From positions 1 through 38,654 of the IMG/VR virus record IMGVR_UViG_3300024038_000010: DNA of 38,654 bases, one strand, 5' to 3'. Positions within the stretch are counted from its first letter, which is position 1. Every line of letters begins with the position of its first letter. A model generated the notes under the pieces. That model searched no databases and was not told where the DNA came from. It saw nothing but the letters and a program-made list of their open reading frames with translations. This DNA comes from a virus (Duplodnaviria; Caudoviricetes). The position numbers were made by a program, and so were the translations under genes. Positions 14,884-23,886 of the stretch are shown piece by piece.

Positions 14884-15212
14884 GAACGCCCAAATATCGC
14901 AACAGGAAGACGACCCAGGATGGAATCGAGTTCGACAGCAAGCGAGAGGCCGCTCGCTACTCGCAGTTGCGCTTACTGGAACGTGCCGGACAAATCCGCG
15001 ACTTGTCATTGCAGCCCAAGTTCACACTGGTAGACAGCCAGCGACGCGCTGATGGCAAGGCGGAGCGGCCCGTCGTCTATATCGCGGACTTCATGTATTT
15101 CGAGGGCGATACCTGTGTGGTTGAAGACGCCAAGGGCATGAAGACGCCCGAATACATCATCAAACGCAAGCTCATGCTCTCCCGGCATGGCATCACAGTG
15201 AAAGAGGTCTGA
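14880..15212 (+). CDS. DUF1064-family PD-(D/E)XK endonuclease
   Basis: KYRNRKT..DGIEFDSKREA..Y..L, YIADFMY, VVEDAKGMKT. Confidence 0.88.
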   Translation: MRTPKYRNRKTTQDGIEFDSKREAARYSQLRLLERAGQIRDLSLQPKFTLVDSQRRADGKAERPVVYIADFMYFEGDTCVVEDAKGMKTPEYIIKRKLMLSRHGITVKEV

Positions 15213-15213
15213 T

Positions 15214-15570
15214 ATGGCACTTCCTAGAAGCGTAGAAGATTCGAACAAGCAAATGCGCGCTGCGGCCATCGAGCGTCTGCGGACAGAGTTCGGCGTCAAG
15301 TTAACCAAACATAACCGCTGTTCGACGCGGATAGCGGATGCCATTCGCCAAGTTGAACCGGGTCTAGATGCGGCGGATCCGATGCTGCTGATTCGCGCCT
15401 GGGTGGCGCTCAAACCTTCCGAGGTGGTCCCTGGGCGCCAACTTATGGAAACCGGCCGGCCCTATAGCCTGGACGCCCGCATGCGCCAAGCGGCCCAGCG
15501 GGCCAGCTATCAGCCTCACCTGATTTCCATGAGCAGCAGCGTGCTCTACAACCCAGAGGTCACGGGATGA
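15214..15570 (+). CDS. Hypothetical protein (118 aa)
   Basis: GAGG RBS, tightly packed between neighbours. Confidence 0.65.
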   Translation: MALPRSVEDSNKQMRAAAIERLRTEFGVKLTKHNRCSTRIADAIRQVEPGLDAADPMLLIRAWVALKPSEVVPGRQLMETGRPYSLDARMRQAAQRASYQPHLISMSSSVLYNPEVTG

Positions 15571-16094
15571 GAGCACTTCTCCCCAAGTGGGCTATGGGCG
15601 ACCCAGCCATGGTCTGCGAACGACTGGAAGGCATCAGACGGAAGCCGCCACGGCTAAGCCGCCAGGAAGAAGCAAAGAAGGGCTTGGAGCAGCTATTCAG
15701 CGAGGAACATATGACGAAAGACGAAAGCGAACAACTGGAGGAACTGCTCATGACCTGGTACCACTGGGCCAAGGCGCACCGGGAGCATCTGGGGCATAGT
15801 CGAGTGGCGCCCGGATTTCACGGGGTCTCTGACCTGGACGGCTATGGGGACGACGACGAGACCGACGCGAAGCTGAACCGGTGCCTAGCTGAACAGGTGG
15901 ATGTTTGCCTGAACACGCTGCCGGTTGACCTGCGCGCCGCTGTCGGGATCAGCATGCGCAACAAAGACGCGCCCAATCAGGTATTCCGCAATCCGCGCTG
16001 CACGCCCGAGGAACAGCACCAGCGGTACCGGGAAGCCAAGGCCCGATTGCTGCCTATGTTGCGCAAGCGAGACATGATCAAGGTGATTGCGTGA
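15567..16094 (+). CDS. Putative late-gene antiterminator (Q-position protein); alternative start 15711
   Basis: Last early gene, directly followed by a pR'-like promoter and terminator; LEELLMTWYHW helical N-domain. Function assigned from position. Confidence 0.65.
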   Translation: MRALLPKWAMGDPAMVCERLEGIRRKPPRLSRQEEAKKGLEQLFSEEHMTKDESEQLEELLMTWYHWAKAHREHLGHSRVAPGFHGVSDLDGYGDDDETDAKLNRCLAEQVDVCLNTLPVDLRAAVGISMRNKDAPNQVFRNPRCTPEEQHQRYREAKARLLPMLRKRDMIKVIA

Positions 16095-16098
16095 GGGG

Positions 16099-16127
16099 TT
16101 GCATACGCTGTACGCGCCCACTAAGAT
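16099..16127 (+). promoter_or_regulatory. Late promoter pR'-like
   Basis: TTGCAT-17 bp-TAAGAT immediately after the Q-like stop codon. Confidence 0.75.
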
Positions 16128-16162
16128 CAACCCAAGTGGACGGCGCTCGTCCATAGGAAACG

Positions 16163-16194
16163 AAGCCTCGGCAGATGCCGGGGCTTTTTGCTTT
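16163..16194 (+). terminator. tR'-like terminator
   Basis: AAGCCTCGGC-AGAT-GCCGGGGCTT followed by TTTGCTTT, about 35 nt after the pR' -10 box. Confidence 0.8.
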
Positions 16195-16206
16195 GGAGCC
16201 GCCCCA

Positions 16207-16476
16207 ATGGCCAGACGCCTTGAAGTGGGAGAATCTTTCACCATCCCTGATGGCGCATGGCTGCTTGACGCATCAACGCATGAGGGAAAGCTGTACGTTG
16301 TGGTAGAGCCGGATATGGGCAGTGTCCAGCCCGCTCCTACCCAGATGGACCGCATCGAATCCCTGCTGACCACGTTGGTTGAATTGTTGGCAGATGAAGG
16401 CGAAGAAGACCAGCAGGAATACACGCTGGATGGCGAGGCAGTAGGCGGCGAGCGGGACGATTCCCAACCGCTATGA
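16207..16476 (+). CDS. Hypothetical acidic protein (89 aa)
   Basis: GGAG RBS before ATG 16207; first late gene. Confidence 0.65.
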   Translation: MARRLEVGESFTIPDGAWLLDASTHEGKLYVVVEPDMGSVQPAPTQMDRIESLLTTLVELLADEGEEDQQEYTLDGEAVGGERDDSQPL

Positions 16477-16483
16477 TCTGACG

Positions 16484-16738
16484 ATGGCCACTAAAGACAT
16501 TACCGACCTGCAGGTGTGTGAGGCGTTCGCGCAGATGAGATCCCGCCGTGAGGCAGGAGAGATCAGTGTTTACGTTGACGATATCCTGCACCAGCATACC
16601 GGCGAACACATGAAGGTTTGCTTCCGAGCAATGGAGCGGGCCTGCTCTCGCGGCTTAGTCGATTACGGGGTATCGTTGCGTGGTGGTTGGCTGACTGAGG
16701 CCGGTATCGAGCTCATCAGTTCATCCAAACTTAGATGA
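16484..16738 (+). CDS. Hypothetical protein (84 aa, winged-helix-like)
   Basis: Packed in the late operon; RGLVDYGVSLRGGWLTEAG resembles a wing motif. Confidence 0.7.
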   Translation: MATKDITDLQVCEAFAQMRSRREAGEISVYVDDILHQHTGEHMKVCFRAMERACSRGLVDYGVSLRGGWLTEAGIELISSSKLR

Positions 16739-17025
16739 GCGGCCAACCCTGGAGCGCTTGGTACAAGACCTGGCGCTGGCAGAAGCTGCGGGAGCGGCAC
16801 CTGCGGGCGCATCCACTGTGTGTGATGTGCCAAGCAGAGGGAAGGGTGACAGAGGCAAAGGTGTGCGATCACATCGAGCCGCACAGGGGCGATCCAGAGA
16901 AGTTCTGGAACGGCCCCTTTCAGTCATTGTGCAAGGCACACCACGATTCAGACAAGCAGGCGCTCGAGAAGTCAGGGCGGCGGAAGGTGCAGATCGGGGT
17001 GGATGGCTACCCGATAGAGAGCTAA
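16735..17025 (+). CDS. HNH endonuclease, HK97 gp74-like terminase cofactor
   Basis: WQKLRERHLRAHPLCVMC...VCDHIEPHRGD...QSLCKAHHD; upstream of terS. Confidence 0.88.
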   Translation: MSGQPWSAWYKTWRWQKLRERHLRAHPLCVMCQAEGRVTEAKVCDHIEPHRGDPEKFWNGPFQSLCKAHHDSDKQALEKSGRRKVQIGVDGYPIES

Positions 17026-17103
17026 GAGTACGAAATGACGAAGCCCCTGACCGTTAGCGCGGTGCAGGGGCTTCTTGCTTTGAACCAACGATAGGAGTTG
17101 GCC

Positions 17104-17913
17104 TTGGCTGAGTTGAATTATAGGTGTCTGGGTTGCGCGGCTGCAATCTTTCCTAATCTGACCAAGACGGGAAAGGTGAGCAACCACCCCCGTAAGTACT
17201 GCGGTGCTGAGTGCAAGCCCAAGCGTGAATGGCAGCGCACACCGCATAAGCCGAAGTTGGTTGTGTGCCAGCACTGCTTCACTGAGAAGTACAGGCGAGT
17301 GCGTGGTGGCGCGTCGGATGCTGGGAAGTACTGCTCTCGTGAGTGCTCTTTCGCCAGGTCGTCTTTGGTCTCCCGTGAGGTGATGGCCATTAAGGACCTG
17401 GGCGCGAAAGCGAGAAAGCAGGCAAGGGCAGCAGCCGCAGCTAAGGCGAAGAGACAGGCATGGCTTGCCACCCGCCATCGCGTATGCCCGGAATGTGGCA
17501 ACGGCTTTGTGGCTGAGCTACGTCAATCGGTTTGCGGCGACGAATGCAAGAAGGCAAGAGCAAGAAAGGCGAGAGCCAGATACGAGCAGACCGATTCCTG
17601 GAAGAGGGCGCGTCGGGCGGCTAAGAAGCGATACAAGACGGTGCGCAGGGCGAGGGTTGCGATCCAAGCTGAGACCATCGACCCGATCAAAGTGTTTGAA
17701 AGGGATAGGTGGAAGTGTCACCTGTGTGGCGAGAAGACGCCGCGAGGATTGCGAGGGACAAGTCAGATGCAAGCACCTGAGCTTGACCATATCGTGACCC
17801 TTGCAGATGGCGGCTCGCACACATGGGGCAATGTGGCCTGTGCATGCAGGCGCTGCAACCTAGCCAAAGGCGCCCGCTCCATGGGTCAGCTAGGTCTGGG
17901 GCTGGGCGCATGA
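17104..17913 (+). CDS. HNH endonuclease with multiple N-terminal Cys/Zn-finger modules (homing-type)
   Basis: Repeated CxxC...YC-x3-C modules, then ERDRWKCHLCG...ELDHIV...GGSH..GNVACACRRCNLAKG; TTG start (17098 or 17104) after AGGAG. Confidence 0.85.
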   Translation: MAELNYRCLGCAAAIFPNLTKTGKVSNHPRKYCGAECKPKREWQRTPHKPKLVVCQHCFTEKYRRVRGGASDAGKYCSRECSFARSSLVSREVMAIKDLGAKARKQARAAAAAKAKRQAWLATRHRVCPECGNGFVAELRQSVCGDECKKARARKARARYEQTDSWKRARRAAKKRYKTVRRARVAIQAETIDPIKVFERDRWKCHLCGEKTPRGLRGTSQMQAPELDHIVTLADGGSHTWGNVACACRRCNLAKGARSMGQLGLGLGA

Positions 17914-17917
17914 CACT

Positions 17918-17990
17918 GGGGGGGGCTGGTCAAAATCGGGGACGGACTCAAAAACCAAGACCGGCCGCTCAACTTCTTTTTCATAAACAC
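17918..17990. other. Putative cos (packaging) region
   Basis: Non-coding gap before terS with a G8 run, GGTCAAAA and AGACCGGCCGC, typical in position and look for HK97-like cos regions; cut site not determinable. Confidence 0.45.
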
Positions 17991-18022
17991 GTAGAAAAAA
18001 GCTAAATCGGAAAGGTAAAGAA

Positions 18023-18466
18023 ATGGGAGCACGTGGCAGGAAGTCGGAGGCTGAAGTCCTGGCCCCGGCCCTAGTTGCGTCCATTTCGAGCGAAAGCCGC
18101 TTGGTCGCGCCTGCGCACATCACGGACGCCGAGCGAGCGGTCTGGTCGGAACTGGTCAATGACCAGCCTGCATCCGCCTTCTCACCCACGCACATCCCCC
18201 TGCTGGAACAATACTGTCGGCACATTGTCCAGGCCCGTTTGATCGCCGACGAGATCATGAACTTTGACCGCGCTTGGCTGGCCGATGATGACGGCTTGAA
18301 GCGGTACGACAAGCTGCTGGGTATGCAGGAGCGGGAGGGCCGGGCGGCGTCATCTTTGGCGACGCGGTTGCGCATTACCAGGCAGGCCGTCGTCCATCCC
18401 GAGGCTGCGGGGCGCGGCGGTGGCAAGGCGAAGGCACGGAAACCTTGGGAACTGGTCGACGCCTGA
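18023..18466 (+). CDS. terS: Terminase small subunit (P27-like)
   Basis: MGARGRKS, PAHI...VW, LLEQYC, LATRLRIT; precedes terL. Confidence 0.85.
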   Translation: MGARGRKSEAEVLAPALVASISSESRLVAPAHITDAERAVWSELVNDQPASAFSPTHIPLLEQYCRHIVQARLIADEIMNFDRAWLADDDGLKRYDKLLGMQEREGRAASSLATRLRITRQAVVHPEAAGRGGGKAKARKPWELVDA

Positions 18467-19959
18467 CGCGGGGTGACCGCAACATCGCTTGGATCGAGCA
18501 GTACTGCCGAATCCCTGAAGGGAAATTGGTGGGGAAGCCGGTAAAGCTGACGAAGCACCAGCGCGGCTGGATCAAGCAGATATACGACACGCCGACACGG
18601 CTGTTCATCCTGAGCATGGCTCGGAAGAACGCCAAGACGGCGCTGTCGGCTTTTCTCCTGCTTTTGCACTTGTGCGGACCAGAGGCGAAGCCGAACAGTC
18701 AGCTTTACAGCGCGGCACAGTCGCGGGAGCAGGCGGCTATCTTGTTCGCTCTGGCGGCAAAGGTCGTGCGGATGTCGCCGGACCTGTCGGAGTACGTGCT
18801 GATCCGGGACACGGCGAAGCAGTTGTTTTGCACGGAGATGGGCACCCTGTATCGGGCGCTGTCTGCTGAAGCCAGTACCGCCTACGGCCTCAGCCCCGCT
18901 TTCACGATTCATGACGAGCTGGGCCAGGTGCGCGGCCCCAGATTCGAGCTGTACGAGGCGCTGGAAACGGCGAGCGCTGCGCAGGATTCCCCGCTGTCGA
19001 TAGTGATCAGCACCCAGGCGCCGACCGACGCGGACTTGCTTAGTCTGCTGATCGACGATGCGCTGACCGGCGCGGATCCGCGGCAGAAGGTTGTGCTGCA
19101 CACGGCCCCGATGGATTTGGAGCCGTTTTCGGACGAAGCGATCAGGGCGGCGAATCCGCACTTTGACGACTTCATGAATCAGGACGAGGTGCGGCGCCAG
19201 GCGGCAGATGCCAAGCGCATGCCAAGCCGGGAGAACTCCTACCGCAACCTGATCCTGAATCAGCGGGTGGAGGCACACAACCCGTTTGTGTCCCGGGCGA
19301 TCTGGGAAGAGAACGGCGCGCAGCCGGAGCGTTTGGAAGGCAAGACTGTTTACGGCGGGCTGGATTTGTCTAGCGTGTCGGACTTGACGGCCTTGGTGCT
19401 GGTGTCCGAAGAGGGGGACGTCCATCCCCGCTTCTGGCTGCCGGAGGAAGGGTTAGCCGAGAAGTCCCGCAATGACCGGGTTCCATACGATGTGTGGGCC
19501 GATCAGGGGCTGCTGCTGACCACCCCGGGTCGGGCGATTGAGTACGAGTTTATTGCGCACGAGTTGCGCAAGGTTTTCGACACCTGCAATGTCGTGGCAT
19601 TGGCATTCGACCGGGCAATGATGCGGTTCCTGAAGCCCTGGCTGGCACGGGTTGGGTTTACCGAAGAAGAACTGGCGAAGTTCGTCGAGTTTGGGCAAGG
19701 GTTTATGTCCATGAGCCCGGCGCTGCGCGAACTGGAAGCCCGGTTGCTGGGAGCCAAGCTGAAGCACGGCGAACACCCGGTGCTGACGATGTGCGCGATG
19801 AACGCTGCAGTCGTCCAGGATCCAGCTGGAAACAGAAAGTTTACGAAGGCGAAATCGTCAGGCCGTATAGACGGCATGGTTTCGCTGGCGATGGCGGTGG
19901 CGGCGATGCCCCAAGAGCAGGCGCCGACGCGAAAACTCATTCTGGCAACGGCAGGCTGA
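18445..19959 (+). CDS. terL: Terminase large subunit
   Basis: Walker A ARKNAKT, Walker B IHDELG, nuclease motifs GGLDLS and RIDGMVS. Confidence 0.96.
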   Translation: MGTGRRLTRGDRNIAWIEQYCRIPEGKLVGKPVKLTKHQRGWIKQIYDTPTRLFILSMARKNAKTALSAFLLLLHLCGPEAKPNSQLYSAAQSREQAAILFALAAKVVRMSPDLSEYVLIRDTAKQLFCTEMGTLYRALSAEASTAYGLSPAFTIHDELGQVRGPRFELYEALETASAAQDSPLSIVISTQAPTDADLLSLLIDDALTGADPRQKVVLHTAPMDLEPFSDEAIRAANPHFDDFMNQDEVRRQAADAKRMPSRENSYRNLILNQRVEAHNPFVSRAIWEENGAQPERLEGKTVYGGLDLSSVSDLTALVLVSEEGDVHPRFWLPEEGLAEKSRNDRVPYDVWADQGLLLTTPGRAIEYEFIAHELRKVFDTCNVVALAFDRAMMRFLKPWLARVGFTEEELAKFVEFGQGFMSMSPALRELEARLLGAKLKHGEHPVLTMCAMNAAVVQDPAGNRKFTKAKSSGRIDGMVSLAMAVAAMPQEQAPTRKLILATAG

Positions 19960-19960
19960 C

Positions 19961-20083
19961 ATGTGCCAAGGCTGCATCAACCGTCAAAGGAAGCTGGTCG
20001 CGTGGCTATGTCGGCGCGGCATGACAAGGATGTGCGAGAAGGCTCAAGCCAGGCTCGCCAAAATGGAAGCGAGTCAGAAATGA
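19961..20083 (+). CDS. Small basic CxxC protein (40 aa), not in ORF track
   Basis: MCQGCINRQRKLVAWLCRRGMTRMCEKAQARLAKMEASQK; starts 1 nt after the terL stop and ends in an ATGA overlap with the protease start. Confidence 0.6.
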   Translation: MCQGCINRQRKLVAWLCRRGMTRMCEKAQARLAKMEASQK

Positions 20084-20685
20084 ACAATCAACGGGCATAC
20101 GCGGCATTTGAGGTGAAGGCATTGGATTCGTCCAAGCGTACCTTCAAAGGCTGGGCGACGACGCCCGCCGTTGACCGAGTGGGCGACATCATCAATCCGC
20201 TGGGAGCCAAGTTCAAGAACCCGCTTCCTCTGCTTCATCAGCATCGCCATGACATGCCGATTGGTTTGGTCAGATTCGACACCCCAACCGCTAAGGGAAT
20301 CGAATTCGAGGCTGAGATCCCGACTATCGACGAACCGGGATCGCTGAAGGACCGTCTTGACACCGCGTGGGGAGAAATCCAGCACGGGCTGGTTCGGGCG
20401 GTCAGCATTGGCTTTCGTCCTCTGAAGTACGCCTACAAGGAAGACGGCGGCATCGATTTCCAGGAAGTAGAAATCTACGAGCTTTCGAGCGTATCCATCC
20501 CGGCTAATGCCGCGGCGATCATCAATGCCGTCAAGTCGATGGATGGACGTCCACTCTCATCCGAAGCAATCAACGTCATCAAGTCGTTGGACTTCGCGTT
20601 TCGTAAATCAGGCCCTGTCCAGCTTGTCACCGCTGCTCGGCCGCAACCGAATCTCAACGGGGCCGTTCGGCTGAGCCGCCCCTAG
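20080..20685 (+). CDS. HK97-family prohead protease
   Basis: GWATTPAVDRVGDII, LLHQH, AVSIGF, ELSSVSIPAN. Confidence 0.93.
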   Translation: MNNQRAYAAFEVKALDSSKRTFKGWATTPAVDRVGDIINPLGAKFKNPLPLLHQHRHDMPIGLVRFDTPTAKGIEFEAEIPTIDEPGSLKDRLDTAWGEIQHGLVRAVSIGFRPLKYAYKEDGGIDFQEVEIYELSSVSIPANAAAIINAVKSMDGRPLSSEAINVIKSLDFAFRKSGPVQLVTAARPQPNLNGAVRLSRP

Positions 20686-20742
20686 CTTTCCGATCCGCCG
20701 CCTGCCGTTGAACGCAGGCCGCACCGATCAAACCCCATACGC

Positions 20743-20770
20743 AACCGCCCTCGAGGCGGTTTTTTTATTT
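20743..20770 (+). terminator. Rho-independent terminator between protease and capsid genes
   Basis: AACCGCC-CTCGA-GGCGGTT followed by TTTTTATTT. Confidence 0.8.
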
Positions 20771-20786
20771 CTGAAAGGAATTCGTC

Positions 20787-22169
20787 ATGAAGACGTTTGC
20801 TGAACAAGTCGCGGCGCTGAAGGCGACCCGCCAAGAGAAGGACGCCGCCATGCGTGCGGTGGCCCAGAAGTCGGTCGACGAAGGTCGTTCGATGGATGAG
20901 GGAGAATCGGAGCAGTTCGACACGCTGCAAAGCGAAATCAAGCGCCTGGATGCCGATATCGGCCGCCTGTCGCTTCTGGCCCAGACGGACGCCGCTACGG
21001 CTACTCCGGTGAGTGGTGCCGCTAAGGCGGCCACTCCTGCCGCCGGTGGTTCGATGCCCGTTCAGGTCAAGAACACCGAGAAGCTTGAACCCGGAATCGG
21101 ATTTGCCCGGGTGGCCCGTGTGAAGGCGTTGGCTCACATCGAGCACATGGACCCCGCGCAAATCGCCAAGTCGATCTACCCGGACGACGAAGCCCTGGTC
21201 AAGTCGTTCACGAAGGCCGCGGTGCCCGCAGCCAACAGCGGCAATGCCACCTGGGCGGGCAACCTTATCCTCGAAGGTGGCGGCTACTTCGCCGACTTCG
21301 TGGAATACCTGCGCGCTCGTTCCGTGGTCGGTCAGATCAGCGACCGCCTGCGCCGCCTGCCGTTCGATACCCCGGTGATGATCCAGGGTTCGGCAGGCGC
21401 GGCCAAGTGGACCGCTGAAGGTGCTGCCAAGCCCCTGACGCAATGGACCTACACGAAGACCAAGCTGGAACCCCTGAAGGTCGCAGCAATCGCTGCAGCT
21501 ACGAAGGAACTCCTGAATCGGGCTTCGGTGGCTGCGGACGCGCTGATCCGTGACGAACTGGCCCGCTCGGTCAACGCCGCAATCGACGGCACCTTCGTGA
21601 GCGCCTCGGCCGCCGTGGCCGGGTCGACTCCGGCTGGCATTCGCAACGGTGTGACGCCCCTGACGCTGACCGGTGACGGCAGCGTCGAAGGCATCCGCTG
21701 CGACGCCGCGGCCATGCTGAAGGAGCTGGTTGGCGACAACCTGAGCGTGGCTGGTGCCTTCTGGGTCATGCCGGAAACCGTCGCTATCGACCTGTCGTCG
21801 GCGGTCAACGCCATGGGCGCCCCTGCCTTCCCGGGCGTCACCCCCACGGGCGGCACGTTCATGGGCCTGTCGGTCTTCACGTCCCAGTACATCCCGACCG
21901 ATTCGAGCGGTTCGGTGGTGATGCTGATCAAGGGCGACGAGATCTTCCTCGGCGACGAAGGCGGCGTGCAGGTGTCGATGTCCGACCAGGCTTCCCTGGT
22001 GATGGACGACGCGCCGACCATGAACAGCACCACGCCCACCGCGGCTCAAGTGGTGTCGATGTTCCAGACCAACAGCGTGGCCTTCCTGGTCGAACGCTTC
22101 ATCAACTTCGCCAAGCGCCGCCCGCAAGCGGTCGTCTGGGCGAACGCGAACTGGAACCCCTGCGCCTAA
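20787..22169 (+). CDS. HK97-fold major capsid protein
   Basis: N-terminal coiled-coil delta domain, WTAEGAAKP, KVAAI...ELL, MFQTNSVAFLVERFINF. Confidence 0.95.
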   Translation: MKTFAEQVAALKATRQEKDAAMRAVAQKSVDEGRSMDEGESEQFDTLQSEIKRLDADIGRLSLLAQTDAATATPVSGAAKAATPAAGGSMPVQVKNTEKLEPGIGFARVARVKALAHIEHMDPAQIAKSIYPDDEALVKSFTKAAVPAANSGNATWAGNLILEGGGYFADFVEYLRARSVVGQISDRLRRLPFDTPVMIQGSAGAAKWTAEGAAKPLTQWTYTKTKLEPLKVAAIAAATKELLNRASVAADALIRDELARSVNAAIDGTFVSASAAVAGSTPAGIRNGVTPLTLTGDGSVEGIRCDAAAMLKELVGDNLSVAGAFWVMPETVAIDLSSAVNAMGAPAFPGVTPTGGTFMGLSVFTSQYIPTDSSGSVVMLIKGDEIFLGDEGGVQVSMSDQASLVMDDAPTMNSTTPTAAQVVSMFQTNSVAFLVERFINFAKRRPQAVVWANANWNPCA

Positions 22170-22184
22170 TAGGTCGTCAGGTTC

Positions 22185-22210
22185 AAGGGGCTTCCGAAGG
22201 GAGGCCCCTT
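22185..22210 (+). other. Stable hairpin after the capsid gene
   Basis: AAGGGGCTTCC-GAAG-GGAGGCCCCTT; weak T tract. Confidence 0.55.
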
Positions 22211-22231
22211 CTGCAAGACGAAAGGACTGAC

Positions 22232-22516
22232 ATGCAAAAAGTGACCTTCACCTACAAGAACGGGCGTGAACGGATGCTGTCTGCTCGCGATGCCGAACTG
22301 CTGCAGCGTCTGGGAAAGGGCGCCTACCTGACTCGAGACATGGCGGCAGCCCGTCCGATGCCCGTTGTAATGCCGGCCGCTGACAACACGGACGTCGATC
22401 TGGATAACCTGGATGGTGACGCCCTTCACGCACTCGCCCGCGAGCGAGGCGTTAAGGTTCATCACAAGGCCGGTGCGGATAAGGTTCGCGCCGCCCTGCG
22501 AGAGGCTGCCGAGTGA
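22232..22516 (+). CDS. Hypothetical head-region protein (94 aa; C-terminal helix-extension-helix-like)
   Basis: AAAGGA RBS; LHALARERGVKVHHKAGADKVRAAL. Confidence 0.75.
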   Translation: MQKVTFTYKNGRERMLSARDAELLQRLGKGAYLTRDMAAARPMPVVMPAADNTDVDLDNLDGDALHALARERGVKVHHKAGADKVRAALREAAE

Positions 22517-23886
22517 AGATTCTCGGGCTAACCTTCGGGCGTCAGAAGGCGATGGAAGCCGTTGGCGGTACGTGGCGCAATGCCTGGCGGATCATCAGTG
22601 AACCGTTCACTGGCGCGTGGCAGCGCAATATCGAGGAAAAGCAGGGTGACTTGATCACCTATCCGACGCTGTATGCGTGCATCTACCGCATCTCTTCGGA
22701 CATCGGGAAGCTGCCATTTTCTCTGCGCAGCCGCGACGCCAACGGTGTATGGACTGAGGTATCCAATCCTGCTTATGACCCGGTGCTGAGAAAGCCCAAC
22801 GGCTTTCAGACGCCGGCCCAGTTTCGCGAGTACTGGATTATCACCAAGCTGACCCAGGGGAATGCATACATCCTAAAGCGCCGAGACGGTCGAGGCGTGG
22901 TGACGGAACTGTTCGTGCTGGATCCTGAGCGCGTTTTGCCGATGGTGTCTGACTCGGGCGCGGTCTACTACCAACTGCAGACCGACAAGCTGAATAGCCT
23001 GCCCGATGGGTATCCGGCGGAGAACCTGATCGTTCCGGCCAGCGAGATCATTCACGACCGCTGTATGACGGTTCACCACCCTCTGATCGGTGTGCCGCCG
23101 GTCGCCGCTGCGCACTGGCCGGCGCTAAAGAACATGAAGATCATGCGCTCGGCGACGGAGTTTTTCGCGAACAACGCGCAACCTGGTGGCTTGCTGACGG
23201 CCCCGGCTGGCATGTCCGAAGACGATGCAAAGGCGGTGCAGAGCTACTGGAATACGGAATTCTCAGAAGGAAAGTCCGGCAAGGTCGCAATTATTGGCGC
23301 GGACATGAAATTCACGCCGTTTGCCATGAAGAGTATTGACGCTCAGATGATCGAGCAGATGCGCTACAGCGACGAGCAGATTTGCCAGCCGTTCGGAATT
23401 CCCCCTTTCAAGGTCGGGATCGGCACCATTCCGTCCGGTCTGGGCGTCGATGGCGTGAACCTTATGTACTACAGCGATGCGTTACAGGCTCCCATTCAAC
23501 ATATGGAAGATCTCCTGGACGATGGTCTTAAGGTTATCCGCCCACTCGGCGTCGAGCTGGATACTGAGCCGCTGTTGCGGATGGACGAAGCGAAGAAGGC
23601 GGATATCAACACGAAGCTTGTAGGCGGAATGATCAAGACTCCTGACGAAGGGCGCCGGCCGTTCAACCTGGCTCCCACTGCTGGCGGTGACACGCTGTGG
23701 GGGCAAAACCAGGATTACCCGCTGGGCATGCTGGCTGATCGTAAAGAGTGGGATCCCGCCATGCAGCCCGCGGCTACGCCCGCGCCCGATCCGGATCCTG
23801 ATTTAGAAGAATTGCGCGCCTTTGCAGGTACCCACAAGGCTATCGCCGCAATGAAGAAAGCCCTGGAGCCTACCTATGTCGTTTGA
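22513..23886 (+). CDS. HK97-family portal protein
   Basis: YACIYRISSDIGKLP, LRKPN, GNAYI, EIIH, FFANNAQPGGLL. Confidence 0.95.
   Translation: MKILGLTFGRQKAMEAVGGTWRNAWRIISEPFTGAWQRNIEEKQGDLITYPTLYACIYRISSDIGKLPFSLRSRDANGVWTEVSNPAYDPVLRKPNGFQTPAQFREYWIITKLTQGNAYILKRRDGRGVVTELFVLDPERVLPMVSDSGAVYYQLQTDKLNSLPDGYPAENLIVPASEIIHDRCMTVHHPLIGVPPVAAAHWPALKNMKIMRSATEFFANNAQPGGLLTAPAGMSEDDAKAVQSYWNTEFSEGKSGKVAIIGADMKFTPFAMKSIDAQMIEQMRYSDEQICQPFGIPPFKVGIGTIPSGLGVDGVNLMYYSDALQAPIQHMEDLLDDGLKVIRPLGVELDTEPLLRMDEAKKADINTKLVGGMIKTPDEGRRPFNLAPTAGGDTLWGQNQDYPLGMLADRKEWDPAMQPAATPAPDPDPDLEELRAFAGTHKAIAAMKKALEPTYVV

Noticed and set aside
16207-16738. Lysis cassette at the lambda position after Q
   Set aside because: Neither ORF has TM helices or an endolysin motif; lysis genes appear to start at the right edge after the tail genes.
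17890-22127. Long antisense ORFs (17890..19425, 20682..22127) and similar shadow ORFs elsewhere
   Set aside because: They mirror well-supported terminase and capsid genes; long opposite-strand ORFs are expected in GC-rich coding DNA.
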